A DNA stretch of 35,819 bases from a virus (IMGVR_UViG_3300027896_000019:1-35819); one strand, 5' to 3'. Shown: positions 1 through 9,520, numbered from the stretch's first letter. Translations and numbers: made by a program. Notes: generated by a model from the letters alone, not told the origin.

Positions 1-68
1 TTTCTGACTATAGCAGAACCAACCATTCCTGTAGAACCTAAAACTAATATTTTTGAATCAATATTCAT
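1..68 (-). CDS. fcl: GDP-L-fucose synthase, N-terminal fragment (truncated by window edge; not in ORF track)
   Basis: Manual translation from ATG at 68 after GGAGG: [22 protein letters not shown], a Rossmann GxxGxVGSAIVR motif typical of Fcl/WcaG; lies directly after gmd. Confidence 0.8.
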   Translation of the reverse strand, partial: MNIDSKILVLGSTGMVGSAIVR

Positions 69-1102
69 CTATTATCCTCCAACTTCAAATCAGCATCCAT
101 CATTAAATTAACTAAATCTTCAAATGTTGTTTTTGGACTCCAACCAAGTATTGACTTTGCCTTACTAGAATCACCTAGTAAAATATCAACCTCAAGTGGT
201 CTGAAAAACCTTTTATCAACTTCAACAACTTTTTTGTTGTTCCTAGCATTAATCCCAATCTCGTCAACTCCACTTCCTTGCCATTCGATATTTATATCTA
301 CATATTTAAATGCCTTCTCAACAAATTCTCTAATGGTATGCGTTTCACCTGTTGCCAGTACATAATCATCAGCACTATCTTGTTGTAACATCATATACAT
401 TCCTTCAACAAAATCTCTAGCAAATCCAAAATCTCTTTGCGCATCTAAATTACCCAAAGTTAAAATAGATTGTTTGCCAAAATATATTCTGGAAACAGCC
501 TGTGTAATTTTTCTACACACAAATGTTGGTAATCTTCTAGGACTTGTATGATTAAACAATATTCCATTACATGCAAACATATTATATGCTTCTCTATAGT
601 TAACTGTTGCCCAATATGCGTATAATTTTGCTATTGCATATGGGCTTCTAGGAGTAAATGGAGTGTTCTCATTTTGTGGTTGTGTTCCTTCTAACCCACC
701 AAATAATTCACTTGTAGACGCTTGGTAATATTTTGTTTGTATCTGTGTATCTTTGATAGCATCTAACAATCTAATCGCTCCTAAAGCAACAGTATTACCA
801 GTAAACTCTGGTAATTCAAATGACACCATAACATGACTTTGAGCAGATAGATTATATATTTCATCAGGTTTAACCTTATTTAATATTCTATTAATACTAT
901 TTGCATCTGTCATATCACCATAATGTAAATGTAAAGTTTTATATCCAATATTAGGATTTTCATATAAGTGGTCAATTCTATCTGTATTAAATGAGCTAGA
1001 CTTCCTTATTAATCCATGAACATCATAACCTTTATCTAATAATAATTCAGTTAAATAACTACCATCTTGTCCTGTTATTCCTGTTATAAGTGCTTTTTTC
1101 AT
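65..1102 (-). CDS. gmd: GDP-mannose 4,6-dehydratase
   Basis: [68 protein letters not shown]. Start moved to ATG 1102 (SD GGGTGA); ORF track start 1114. Confidence 0.97.
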   Translation of the reverse strand: MKKALITGITGQDGSYLTELLLDKGYDVHGLIRKSSSFNTDRIDHLYENPNIGYKTLHLHYGDMTDANSINRILNKVKPDEIYNLSAQSHVMVSFELPEFTGNTVALGAIRLLDAIKDTQIQTKYYQASTSELFGGLEGTQPQNENTPFTPRSPYAIAKLYAYWATVNYREAYNMFACNGILFNHTSPRRLPTFVCRKITQAVSRIYFGKQSILTLGNLDAQRDFGFARDFVEGMYMMLQQDSADDYVLATGETHTIREFVEKAFKYVDINIEWQGSGVDEIGINARNNKKVVEVDKRFFRPLEVDILLGDSSKAKSILGWSPKTTFEDLVNLMMDADLKLEDNR

Positions 1103-1106
1103 ATAA

Positions 1107-1676
1107 TCACCCATTTGTATTTATATAGTCCCAATTCCAATGCTCCATTTGAGCAACAATTACATCTTCTGGTACATAACCATCGTCATAACTAATTAAA
1201 TAATTTTCATTAATTTCTTTAATCTTTTCAAGTATATCTGATTCAAGTACTTGATATTTTTGATATAATGCACTATTATTATTCCACATTCTTCTATCAT
1301 CAATTAATAAAGTATGTGTTTTAATTTTATGTTGTTTAATAATATTAAGTTCGTCAATCACAGGACACATTTTATCGCCAAATAATGTTGTATTATCGCT
1401 GAAATGTGCATCTAACCAAAAACATATATTTTGGTTTATATCCTTAATTATATCCCAAAGTATTTTCGAACTATCACCTAATATAATTTCTACTGTTTCG
1501 TTATGTTTAAATTTTGCCTTACAATGTTCATAATATCTTGGAGTGATTTCAATTGATATTATTTTTTTAAAGCCTGATTCCAATGCATGTTCGATTCCTC
1601 TACCTAAATAACTACCTGTTTCCACGAACACATTATTATTATTATAATTATTAAAGATATTTTTAACACCTGACAT
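1107..1676 (-). CDS. Class I SAM-dependent methyltransferase (putative sugar O-methyltransferase)
   Basis: [12 protein letters not shown] motif [27 protein letters not shown]; SD AAAGGAG. Confidence 0.75.
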   Translation of the reverse strand: MSGVKNIFNNYNNNNVFVETGSYLGRGIEHALESGFKKIISIEITPRYYEHCKAKFKHNETVEIILGDSSKILWDIIKDINQNICFWLDAHFSDNTTLFGDKMCPVIDELNIIKQHKIKTHTLLIDDRRMWNNNSALYQKYQVLESDILEKIKEINENYLISYDDGYVPEDVIVAQMEHWNWDYINTNG

Positions 1677-1693
1677 TAATTCTCCTTTAATTG

Positions 1694-2278
1694 CTATTGT
1701 TTTTTAATTATAGCCAATGATGCACAAACTTCATCTAATTTTATTTTATTGTCTGTAACAAATTCATCTACTGCAATCGTAACTTCATTAATTATACCAT
1801 AATCATGTATCAACATATATCCATTATGCACTAACTTGTTATAAAAATATTCCATTGCCAACCATGTTGTATGTCCAGTATCTACATCTATATGCACTAA
1901 ACTATAGTTAATTTTTTTATTTTTTATATGTTTTAATGTTTCTGTAGGAAACACACCTTTGTAAAATTTAACATTAAAATACTCTTTTAGGTAATTTTTA
2001 ACATCATCTATGTTACTTATATAATTATCTTCTCTGTATGCAACATTACTTTTTTCTAATACTGTACCTTCGAATGTATCAAATAAATGTAAAACCTTAT
2101 CATTTTTTTTAAGTTCACAAATAATTTTAGCAGAAGCACCTTTCCATACACCAACCTCAACAATATCACCATTTAGTTCTTTAATTTCATTTAAAATATT
2201 ATATAGTTTGCTTGCTTCAAAAAAATTTAATCCATAACAAACTTCTGACTGTATTTTAGAATATAGCTTATTAAACAT
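1694..2278 (-). CDS. TylF/MycF/NovP-family O-methyltransferase
   Basis: GDIVEVGVWKGAS, LHLFDTFEG, FYKGVFP, LVHIDVD, LIHDY; SD AAGGAG. Confidence 0.88.
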   Translation of the reverse strand: MFNKLYSKIQSEVCYGLNFFEASKLYNILNEIKELNGDIVEVGVWKGASAKIICELKKNDKVLHLFDTFEGTVLEKSNVAYREDNYISNIDDVKNYLKEYFNVKFYKGVFPTETLKHIKNKKINYSLVHIDVDTGHTTWLAMEYFYNKLVHNGYMLIHDYGIINEVTIAVDEFVTDNKIKLDEVCASLAIIKKQ

Positions 2279-2292
2279 AATTATATCTCCTT

Positions 2293-2916
2293 TTATTTTC
2301 TTATAAATAATGAGTTACCACATTGTAAATAGTTGTAAATATTTTCATTTAACACTTCTACAAAACCAATTTCAGACATAAATTGTTTAAATTCACCATA
2401 TAATGTCAATCCCTCATAAAACTCAACAAGTGAATACTCTGCAAAAATAGCTTTAGTTGTATGCAAAATTTTATCAGCATGTTTCAAAACTTTATGTTCA
2501 TTACCTTGTAAATCTAACCACATAAAATCAATTCTATCAATATTAAAATCTTCAACAAATTTATTAATAGTAATTGTTTGAACAACTTCTTCTCTATCAA
2601 ATGTGCATGTTGGAAACATCGTTAAATGTTCTTTTGGTTTTAATAATGAACTTGACTGATTGGAATATCCATCACTTATATATATTGTTTTTTCCCCTAT
2701 AGTATCATCTAATGCTAAATTATAAGTATGAATGTTTGGTATAGCACATGTACTCTCTGATAACAATTTATATATATGCGATACTGGTTCAAATGAGTAT
2801 ATCGTAGAGTTTTGAAATAATTTAGAAAAGTCTATTGAATCATTTCCATTAAATGCTCCTGCATCTAAAATTACAGCATCATCACTAATATATTGTTTTA
2901 AAATATTTTTGTCCAT
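2293..2916 (-). CDS. FkbM-family methyltransferase
   Basis: VILDAGAFNG, YSFEP, NLAL, VQTITINKF, IDFMWLDLQGNE, GNSLF at C-terminus. Confidence 0.88.
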   Translation of the reverse strand: MDKNILKQYISDDAVILDAGAFNGNDSIDFSKLFQNSTIYSFEPVSHIYKLLSESTCAIPNIHTYNLALDDTIGEKTIYISDGYSNQSSSLLKPKEHLTMFPTCTFDREEVVQTITINKFVEDFNIDRIDFMWLDLQGNEHKVLKHADKILHTTKAIFAEYSLVEFYEGLTLYGEFKQFMSEIGFVEVLNENIYNYLQCGNSLFIRK

Positions 2917-3613
2917 TTATCGTTAACCTTTCTTCTATTGGTAAATACATTCTTCTAGAATAAGTTTCTCTATCTTGGTTAAAGTTTTTAAAATTTGCTT
3001 CATCAAATTCATCTTGTTTTCTTTTTCCAGAAACATAATGTTTATGTTGAAATATTACTCCATCTGTATCTCTATCATCTTTCAATAATCCAAGTTCATT
3101 TAAGTTATGATAGGCTTCATTATCAGAAAAACAATGTGTATATTCTGGATGAAATACAATCTTATTTAATTTTTTTAAACAATAATAAGTCATACAGGCT
3201 AAAGTAATACATAAACATCCAACTTTAGAATATTTATTTTGATAACCATCATCTAAAAATACTGCTCCATTCCAATCTATAAATTTGTTTTCTACCCATT
3301 CATCCCAAAATACATTATCTGGTGGATAAAAATCATCTGATAATAAAATCAATATATCTGAATCATTGGCTTCTAAACTTGTTGTTAATTTAGATATTGC
3401 ATAATTATAACCTTTGCGCTCATTATCATATATAATATATCCATTGGCATCATTGAACATTGTATAATCAATTAATTCTTCATCATTAATTTGTGTAATT
3501 ATTAAATGAAGGGACACTCTTTCTGGATGTTTACAATGTTTTAACCATTCTTTATATGTATTCATAAACATTTCTGGTCTAATTGTTGCACCTAAAATTA
3601 AAATGTTTTTCAA
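2885..3613 (-). CDS. GT-A fold (GT2-like) glycosyltransferase
   Basis: ILILLSDDFYPP (DxD-like), YTHCFSDNE, FQHKHY; TTG start with SD GAGGTG. Confidence 0.65.
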   Translation of the reverse strand: MKNILILGATIRPEMFMNTYKEWLKHCKHPERVSLHLIITQINDEELIDYTMFNDANGYIIYDNERKGYNYAISKLTTSLEANDSDILILLSDDFYPPDNVFWDEWVENKFIDWNGAVFLDDGYQNKYSKVGCLCITLACMTYYCLKKLNKIVFHPEYTHCFSDNEAYHNLNELGLLKDDRDTDGVIFQHKHYVSGKRKQDEFDEANFKNFNQDRETYSRRMYLPIEERLTINGQKYFKTIY

Positions 3614-3625
3614 TTATACACCTCA

Positions 3626-4639
3626 TTATATTCCAAGATTAATAATTTCATCTATAATTACTCTTGCTCTTATATCATAATTATGATTCCTTACAACAAA
3701 GTCTCTTGCAATCTTTGCTTTTTGTCTACGATGTTCATCATTCATATTTAAAATTTCTTCAACCATTAATTCTGCTTCATTTGAATTTTTTGCATGATAC
3801 ATATGCTCTCCGAAAATTTCATATTGTGCAGGTTGATAATGTGCTAACATTAAACTCTCGTGACTACAAGCAATAGTTTCATATGGACGCATAGAACAAT
3901 GAGTGTTACTGTTAACAGGCACATTCATTCCAAGCATACATTTACTAGAGTTTGTAACAACTGGTAGCCATTCATAAGGAAGTTCAGCATAACCATCTTT
4001 TGTCCAATAATTATTTGGATAATTTTTTAGATTAACAGGTCTAGTTTCATCCATCCACCAAATGCCATAAATCATCATATCGTATTTTTGCTTTTCTAAT
4101 AAATTCATAACAAACCATTTAGTTTCATCGTATCTATTAGAGTAATTTCTAGCGACTAAGCTAATATCATGTGTAAACGCTTGTTCTTTTGGAACAGGTT
4201 TATGAAAATCAGCATTACATCCAAACAGCAAATTACCACATTTTATATTTCTTAATTTGAAACTAGATAACTTTTCACCCATTGTAGTCCATAGAAAATC
4301 ACAATTAGCACTCATATATTCACCTATTTGTGGTGTGCAATCAGCTTCTATATCCCAACAATGAAATTGAATTCCTTTATGTATAAATAAAGTATATAAT
4401 AAATTAATGGGTAAATTGCTATACCCCTCAGTAAATATTACAGTTGGTTTAAAGGTTTCAACTCTATCCATAATTAACTTAATATGTTGTTCCAAAGGTT
4501 TATCCCATATTGCACAACACTCATTATCTAAAAATGAAGTTTTACAACCAAGATTATCAAAACCAGATTTTAAACCATATTTAATCAAAGGGGTTTGTGA
4601 TAAAAATAATACTCTTATATCCTTATAGTCCTTAATCAT
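3626..4639 (-). CDS. CgeB-like (GT-B) glycosyltransferase
   Basis: FGCNADFHKP, HDISLVARNY, SMRPYETIAC, ARDFVVRNHNYDIRA pattern of CgeB/DUF3880-type proteins; SD GAGGT. Confidence 0.75.
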   Translation of the reverse strand: MIKDYKDIRVLFLSQTPLIKYGLKSGFDNLGCKTSFLDNECCAIWDKPLEQHIKLIMDRVETFKPTVIFTEGYSNLPINLLYTLFIHKGIQFHCWDIEADCTPQIGEYMSANCDFLWTTMGEKLSSFKLRNIKCGNLLFGCNADFHKPVPKEQAFTHDISLVARNYSNRYDETKWFVMNLLEKQKYDMMIYGIWWMDETRPVNLKNYPNNYWTKDGYAELPYEWLPVVTNSSKCMLGMNVPVNSNTHCSMRPYETIACSHESLMLAHYQPAQYEIFGEHMYHAKNSNEAELMVEEILNMNDEHRRQKAKIARDFVVRNHNYDIRARVIIDEIINLGI

Positions 4640-4647
4640 AATCTACC

Positions 4648-5640
4648 TCAAATTTTGATATTATTTTTTACTGCAAACTTATCAATTGCTTGTTCAATCA
4701 CATCAACACGACTATACCAACTATTCTGACTTGCTATGTTTTTACATTTATTAATAATTTCTATATCATCTTTACATCTTAATGCCCTATAAACATTATT
4801 AATAAATTCAATATGATTTCTACTTGCATAAACAGCATCAGGGTATATCGTAGCTTCTGGTATATCTGTTGCAACGGTTATTTTGCCGTGTGACATAGCT
4901 TCGTAGTTTTTTATTGGATTACTATAATCCGCTACTTGGCAACGCTTAAAAGGAAGGATATTAACGTCACAGTGATGATAGTATGCCTGTAAATCTTTAT
5001 AAGATTTTTTGCCAATATATACAATGTCTTTTGGTGCTTTGGATAACCCCCATCCTATTCCTACAACGGCTAAAGTGAATTTTGAGGCTAGTTTCTCAAC
5101 TAATTCAATATCACACCAACTGCCTGACAAAGCCCCAGAAAACAATAAAATTGGACGTTTTAAGCCTATGAATTCTTGGGGAACTTGATAAGCCTGATTA
5201 CCCAACTCTGGGAAACATGCATTTCTACACATATGTATATTAGGATGTTGGTTTTTTCTTAAATCATATAAAGGTTGTGAGGTTGTAAGTAGAATATCCG
5301 CTTTTTCCACCATTAGATGTTCATCAGATGCATTTTCTTCAAAATTATCTAATGAATCATAGATGTGAATTTTGTAATTAAGTTCGTTTAATTCTTTATG
5401 TTTATGTGACCATGAAGTAAATGCTATATCAATTTTAGGAACTCTTTTTTTAAATAAATCCCAATTATGATAAAGAGTAAAATTGTCATTTAGTCTTTCT
5501 CTATTACAATGAATATTAAATGATTTATTTATCCAATATACATGATAGCCACGTTGACTAAATATATCCATTAAATGATGTGGACGTTGTTTTAACGCAA
5601 AATCATAGTCAATTGTATTAAAATATGCTATAGATTTCAT
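4648..5640 (-). CDS. GT4-family glycosyltransferase (TuaH-like)
   Basis: QRPHHL, IYDSLDNF, ADILLTTS, LLFSGAL, CDVNILPF, NPIKNYEAMSHGKITVAT. Start moved to ATG 5640 (SD AAGGGG); ORF-track start 5709 falls inside a promoter. Confidence 0.85.
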   Translation of the reverse strand: MKSIAYFNTIDYDFALKQRPHHLMDIFSQRGYHVYWINKSFNIHCNRERLNDNFTLYHNWDLFKKRVPKIDIAFTSWSHKHKELNELNYKIHIYDSLDNFEENASDEHLMVEKADILLTTSQPLYDLRKNQHPNIHMCRNACFPELGNQAYQVPQEFIGLKRPILLFSGALSGSWCDIELVEKLASKFTLAVVGIGWGLSKAPKDIVYIGKKSYKDLQAYYHHCDVNILPFKRCQVADYSNPIKNYEAMSHGKITVATDIPEATIYPDAVYASRNHIEFINNVYRALRCKDDIEIINKCKNIASQNSWYSRVDVIEQAIDKFAVKNNIKI

Positions 5641-5660
5641 TGATACCCCTTTTTTGGCTA

Positions 5661-5700
5661 AAAAAAATAATAGGGATATATTATCTATATCCCTATTATT
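5661..5700 (-). terminator. 15-bp perfect inverted repeat with U-tract (terminator and/or operator)
   Basis: aataatagggatata (5666-5680) / tatatccctattatt (5686-5700), 5-nt loop, followed by a T run on the minus strand. Confidence 0.7.
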
Positions 5701-5729
5701 ATAATACATCTATATATTAATATTGTCAA
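5701..5729 (-). promoter_or_regulatory. sigmaA-like promoter upstream of the glycosylation island
   Basis: TTGACA (5724-5729), 17 bp, TATTAT (5701-5706). Confidence 0.65.
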
Positions 5730-5741
5730 TATAATTTCAAT

Positions 5742-6506
5742 TTATGCAGGAACAACAATAAACTCCCACATGTTACCATCTGACCTTCTAGGGTCAAGAC
5801 CTTGTAAGTCTAGTTTAAATGTCGAAGCACTCTTGTAACTTCCACCAATTTCATAGGTAGGCATTACTTTCATTTTGTAGCAAGTAAGCTGTGCATATGC
5901 TTCAATTGTAGAATTGGTAGCGTCTGCATCACTATAAATTGGGAATTGAATTGTGCAAGAACAAGCTTCTGCAAAATCGTTTGTTTGAACAGTTAAAATT
6001 TCAGTTGTAGGAGTAGTAGCAACCTTATATGCAGGATATACTTTTGTTCCTGCTAATGCTACGTTAAAACTTAATTCAGTAACACCACCAACTGTTTGAG
6101 CAAAAAATTCAGAAGCACTAGGTGTAGCAGTTCCTAAATCTAAACCATTAATTTCAATACTTCCTGCAACAGCTAAATGAGGTAGAGTAATTGTATTAGT
6201 AACTGCACCTACTGTATAAGGAGTACCAAAATAATAATATTCTGATGCTGAAATTGTTTTAGCTCCACCTGATGTAATTATAAGTTGGTCAAAATCCCAT
6301 TGTGCATCAGTCATAGCAATTGCAATAGATTTCTTTGTATCAATTCTTGCTAGATTATAAAAACTCCAACCACCATTGATTTCTAAGGAATCTCCACCCA
6401 AAGTTATTGAACCCTGACTAGCAGTCGCAACATGCAAGTTTCTACTTGCTGTTCTAATTAATGCTTTTGGAGCATCAACGATAAAGCCTTTTCCTGTAAA
6501 AGCCAT
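5742..6506 (-). CDS. Putative major tail (tube) protein
   Basis: 254 aa, beta-rich, follows neck/terminator genes, very strong SD (AAAGGAGG). Assignment mainly by synteny. Confidence 0.6.
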   Translation of the reverse strand: MAFTGKGFIVDAPKALIRTASRNLHVATASQGSITLGGDSLEINGGWSFYNLARIDTKKSIAIAMTDAQWDFDQLIITSGGAKTISASEYYYFGTPYTVGAVTNTITLPHLAVAGSIEINGLDLGTATPSASEFFAQTVGGVTELSFNVALAGTKVYPAYKVATTPTTEILTVQTNDFAEACSCTIQFPIYSDADATNSTIEAYAQLTCYKMKVMPTYEIGGSYKSASTFKLDLQGLDPRRSDGNMWEFIVVPA

Positions 6507-6576
6507 TTATAGTTCCTCCTTTAATATTTTTTTATTTATTTAAGTCTAAATAAGACTAGTAAATGATAGAATTGAA

Positions 6577-7026
6577 CTACTTATAGATTTTTTTAAATTC
6601 AAACCTTTGTGCTATTCTTCTATAATTTGTAGAATTAGAAATGAGTTCATAACAACTTATAAAATATAATTTGTTTGAATTAACATATTTTTTATGTAAA
6701 AGTTGTTGTATTCTATCAGTTATTTGAAAACATTTTGATTGAAAACCTGATTGAACATCTTTATTTTTTGGAACATATACTTCAATAATGATGGGAGTCC
6801 ATTTCACAAAGTCATTTTCTGTATCACTTTGCATTGCATTTCTCATTAATATTCTACAGCATCCATCATTTGTGAATTTATCACTTATAAATGTTTGTAG
6901 AAAATATTTGTCTAATAAGACACCAAAGTTGTTTTTCTCTGTAATTGGAATATCCATTAATGACTTTAAAGCATCATCATTTACTAATACTTTATAAATT
7001 GAAGCTATGTCTAAAGCTAGGCTCAT
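6577..7026 (-). CDS. Putative tail terminator/completion protein
   Basis: 149 aa just before the tail tube; IIIEVYVP and ITDRIQQLL pattern. Confidence 0.5.
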   Translation of the reverse strand: MSLALDIASIYKVLVNDDALKSLMDIPITEKNNFGVLLDKYFLQTFISDKFTNDGCCRILMRNAMQSDTENDFVKWTPIIIEVYVPKNKDVQSGFQSKCFQITDRIQQLLHKKYVNSNKLYFISCYELISNSTNYRRIAQRFEFKKIYK

Positions 7027-7038
7027 AATATCACCAAC

Positions 7039-7650
7039 TTACTTTTTTTTAACAACCTTTATATATTTAGAAAAATTAATTTTATTTACTGCTAATGTAA
7101 TAGCATCATTAAAATCTTTTTCTATTAATTGTTCAGAGTTGTAGAAAATTTTAGTAAAAAATGGGTGTCCTTTTTGTCTAAACGCAGTAATTTCTTCTGT
7201 ATGCTCTGCTTGACTTTCTTCCCACCATCCATAATCAATATTATAAACATTTTTACCTTCTCTACCATATACCTTCATACCATCTCTATCCTCAGCATGA
7301 TAATATTGAGATGATAAATAATCAGAAATCCAAGGATTATTGAAAGTATCTGCTTCTGTACCCATACCAAATTCAATTATCATAGCTTTATAAATTGTAT
7401 CATCAGATTGGTCTAAAACACCGATTTTACGCATTAAATCCAAACCTTTACTAACTGCTTTAAAGTTTAATGCTTCAATAATATCTCTTCTCCATTCTGG
7501 TTTACCAACAGAATCAATAGTTCCACTGGATGGTATGGTTGAAATTTCATATATCATATAAGCAACAAACTTATTTGATAATTTATCTAACTCTATTTCT
7601 AAATATTTTTTAAGGTCACTTATTAACTTTTGAGTATCAAATTCAATCAT
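7039..7650 (-). CDS. Putative neck/tail completion protein
   Basis: Synteny; IIEFGMGT and RQKGHPFF resemble HK97 gp10-like motifs. Start ATG 7650 (SD GGTGA). Confidence 0.45.
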   Translation of the reverse strand: MIEFDTQKLISDLKKYLEIELDKLSNKFVAYMIYEISTIPSSGTIDSVGKPEWRRDIIEALNFKAVSKGLDLMRKIGVLDQSDDTIYKAMIIEFGMGTEADTFNNPWISDYLSSQYYHAEDRDGMKVYGREGKNVYNIDYGWWEESQAEHTEEITAFRQKGHPFFTKIFYNSEQLIEKDFNDAITLAVNKINFSKYIKVVKKK

Positions 7651-8302
7651 GTTTATCACCATCTATAATTTTACAATATAACATAAGTACTCCATCTACA
7701 TTAGTACAATTTAATTGAGAATAATCTATATCATAAATCATATATTGTGAACCATAATAATTAAATTCATCTGTAACCATTAAATTTTTAGTATCATCGT
7801 TATATTGGACTCCAACTAGGATAGTTTGACTTGCTTCAATACCAATAGTACCTTCATTTTGCATCCAAGCCCTTGCATTTACTCTACTAACAAACCCATA
7901 AGTATTTAATGAAATATCAATAAAACTAGCAGGAGTTGAAGCTATACCATCAGCGTCTAATTCAGCATATGTCCATCGTTGAAAATCTAAACTAACTGTA
8001 CATAATTGAATTTGAGTTTTATTACAATTAATAGCTCTAAAAGGAAACCAATTAACTAAATATATATGATTTTGAGTATCAGTAACATAGTCACCTTTTT
8101 TCAAGTCTATAGACTTAGAACATGTAAATAGCTTTGATGTATCACTTAAACCTTTCATATTAGATTTAAAATCTAAATCTTCTATTAATGCTTTACACAA
8201 TATAGGTGTAGCAGAAGTAAAATTAATTGTACAATCTTCTCCTAGAGATAATAATATATCATCGAAATCTTGTTCTAAATAAGAGGGTACATAAAAGTCC
8301 AT
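7643..8302 (-). CDS. Putative head closure/adaptor protein
   Basis: Synteny in the head-tail joining block; beta-rich, KKGDYV. Confidence 0.45.
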   Translation of the reverse strand: MDFYVPSYLEQDFDDILLSLGEDCTINFTSATPILCKALIEDLDFKSNMKGLSDTSKLFTCSKSIDLKKGDYVTDTQNHIYLVNWFPFRAINCNKTQIQLCTVSLDFQRWTYAELDADGIASTPASFIDISLNTYGFVSRVNARAWMQNEGTIGIEASQTILVGVQYNDDTKNLMVTDEFNYYGSQYMIYDIDYSQLNCTNVDGVLMLYCKIIDGDKHD

Positions 8303-8304
8303 TG

Positions 8305-8595
8305 TTATTCCCTCCTTTTTAAAAAGTCAAAAAACTTTAAATCAGGTTTTTTGACTTTAGTACAATTGTTTTCGTCTGTTCTGATATTATCTGGCAATCT
8401 CTCTATACTGCCAGCTAAATTAAATATATATTTTTTGACATCATTATATTCTAATTTATTATTGGCTAAATCTTCGATTTGATATAATAAACTTAAAGTC
8501 TTTTGACTAAGTAGATGGCAATATTCACTGATAGTAAATTCTTCTACACCTATTATTTCAAGGTCTTTGTTTTTATATTTAATTTCTATACGCAA
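8305..8595 (-). CDS. Hypothetical protein, morphogenesis module
   Basis: 96 aa ORF tightly packed in the operon; SD GGTGG. Confidence 0.6.
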   Translation of the reverse strand: MRIEIKYKNKDLEIIGVEEFTISEYCHLLSQKTLSLLYQIEDLANNKLEYNDVKKYIFNLAGSIERLPDNIRTDENNCTKVKKPDLKFFDFLKRRE

Positions 8596-8606
8596 AATTA
8601 CACCAC

Positions 8607-9074
8607 CTATCCACTATAATCAAATGATAAACCAGTTTTTGTAATTGAGTTTATTTCTGTCATATTCGAATACTCAGTCATTTTATGGAATAAATCTGTT
8701 AATTGATTTTCTCTATCTTGAATTATTTGAGTTAAAAATTCGAATGGCTTATACGCATACGCAACACTTAAAGCGTTGGTAGTATAACTAACTAATGTAT
8801 TCCAATAATTCCTAACACATTGAAAAAACTCAATTTCAGACGCAGTAATAACATAATTTGTCTGCAATATATCTAAAGTAGTATTGACTGTAGGAGTAGC
8901 ACCGTCAACATACTCACTATCCCAAGACACAGCTCTGCCAGTATCACTAAATAATCGTTGGCATCCAGAGATACAAAAATTTAAATAATCATCATCAGTA
9001 AACACAATAGGTGTTCTTTGATTGCGTACATTTTTCACCAATTGTTCTTTTAAGTCTAAAAGAGATGTTGACAT
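8607..9074 (-). CDS. Putative head-tail connector/adaptor
   Basis: 155 aa helical protein at the usual adaptor position; SD AAAGGTG. Confidence 0.5.
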   Translation of the reverse strand: MSTSLLDLKEQLVKNVRNQRTPIVFTDDDYLNFCISGCQRLFSDTGRAVSWDSEYVDGATPTVNTTLDILQTNYVITASEIEFFQCVRNYWNTLVSYTTNALSVAYAYKPFEFLTQIIQDRENQLTDLFHKMTEYSNMTEINSITKTGLSFDYSG

Positions 9075-9094
9075 TTAAATCACACCTTTATATT

Positions 9095-9520
9095 TTATTT
9101 AATATCATTTATTAAAATTTCTCTACCACAAAATTCACTTAAAAATTTTAATTTAGCTCCACTTAATTCGTTAGCAATACTTGTTGCAACAAAATAAATA
9201 AAACTTATAGTATGTGGTTCAGTAATTTCTCCAAGTTCTTTTTTCATCTTTAAAAAATTACCTCTTAAAATAGCAAATATTTGTTCTTCGTCTACAATAT
9301 TGGGATTTTTTTCAATAAATCCTAAATTGATATTTACATCTGCATTATCAATAACAAGCATACCTCTTTTAAGTAATGAACAAGTAGTATCTAAATAATA
9401 CACATCATCTTCTTCTACGATTGTAAATGAACCAGATTTAATATTTTGTTCACGAATAGGATTTATTAATTTAATACCAATATCAAATTTATTTTTATTA
9501 AAAAGTTTTACTTTTGCCAT
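9095..9520 (-). CDS. Hypothetical head-associated protein
   Basis: First gene after the capsid gene; SD GGAGG. Confidence 0.6.
   Translation of the reverse strand: MAKVKLFNKNKFDIGIKLINPIREQNIKSGSFTIVEEDDVYYLDTTCSLLKRGMLVIDNADVNINLGFIEKNPNIVDEEQIFAILRGNFLKMKKELGEITEPHTISFIYFVATSIANELSGAKLKFLSEFCGREILINDIK

Noticed and set aside
5641-5709. N-terminal extension MYYNNRDID... of the GT4 ORF
   Set aside because: It runs through the promoter and palindrome; ATG 5640 has a proper SD.
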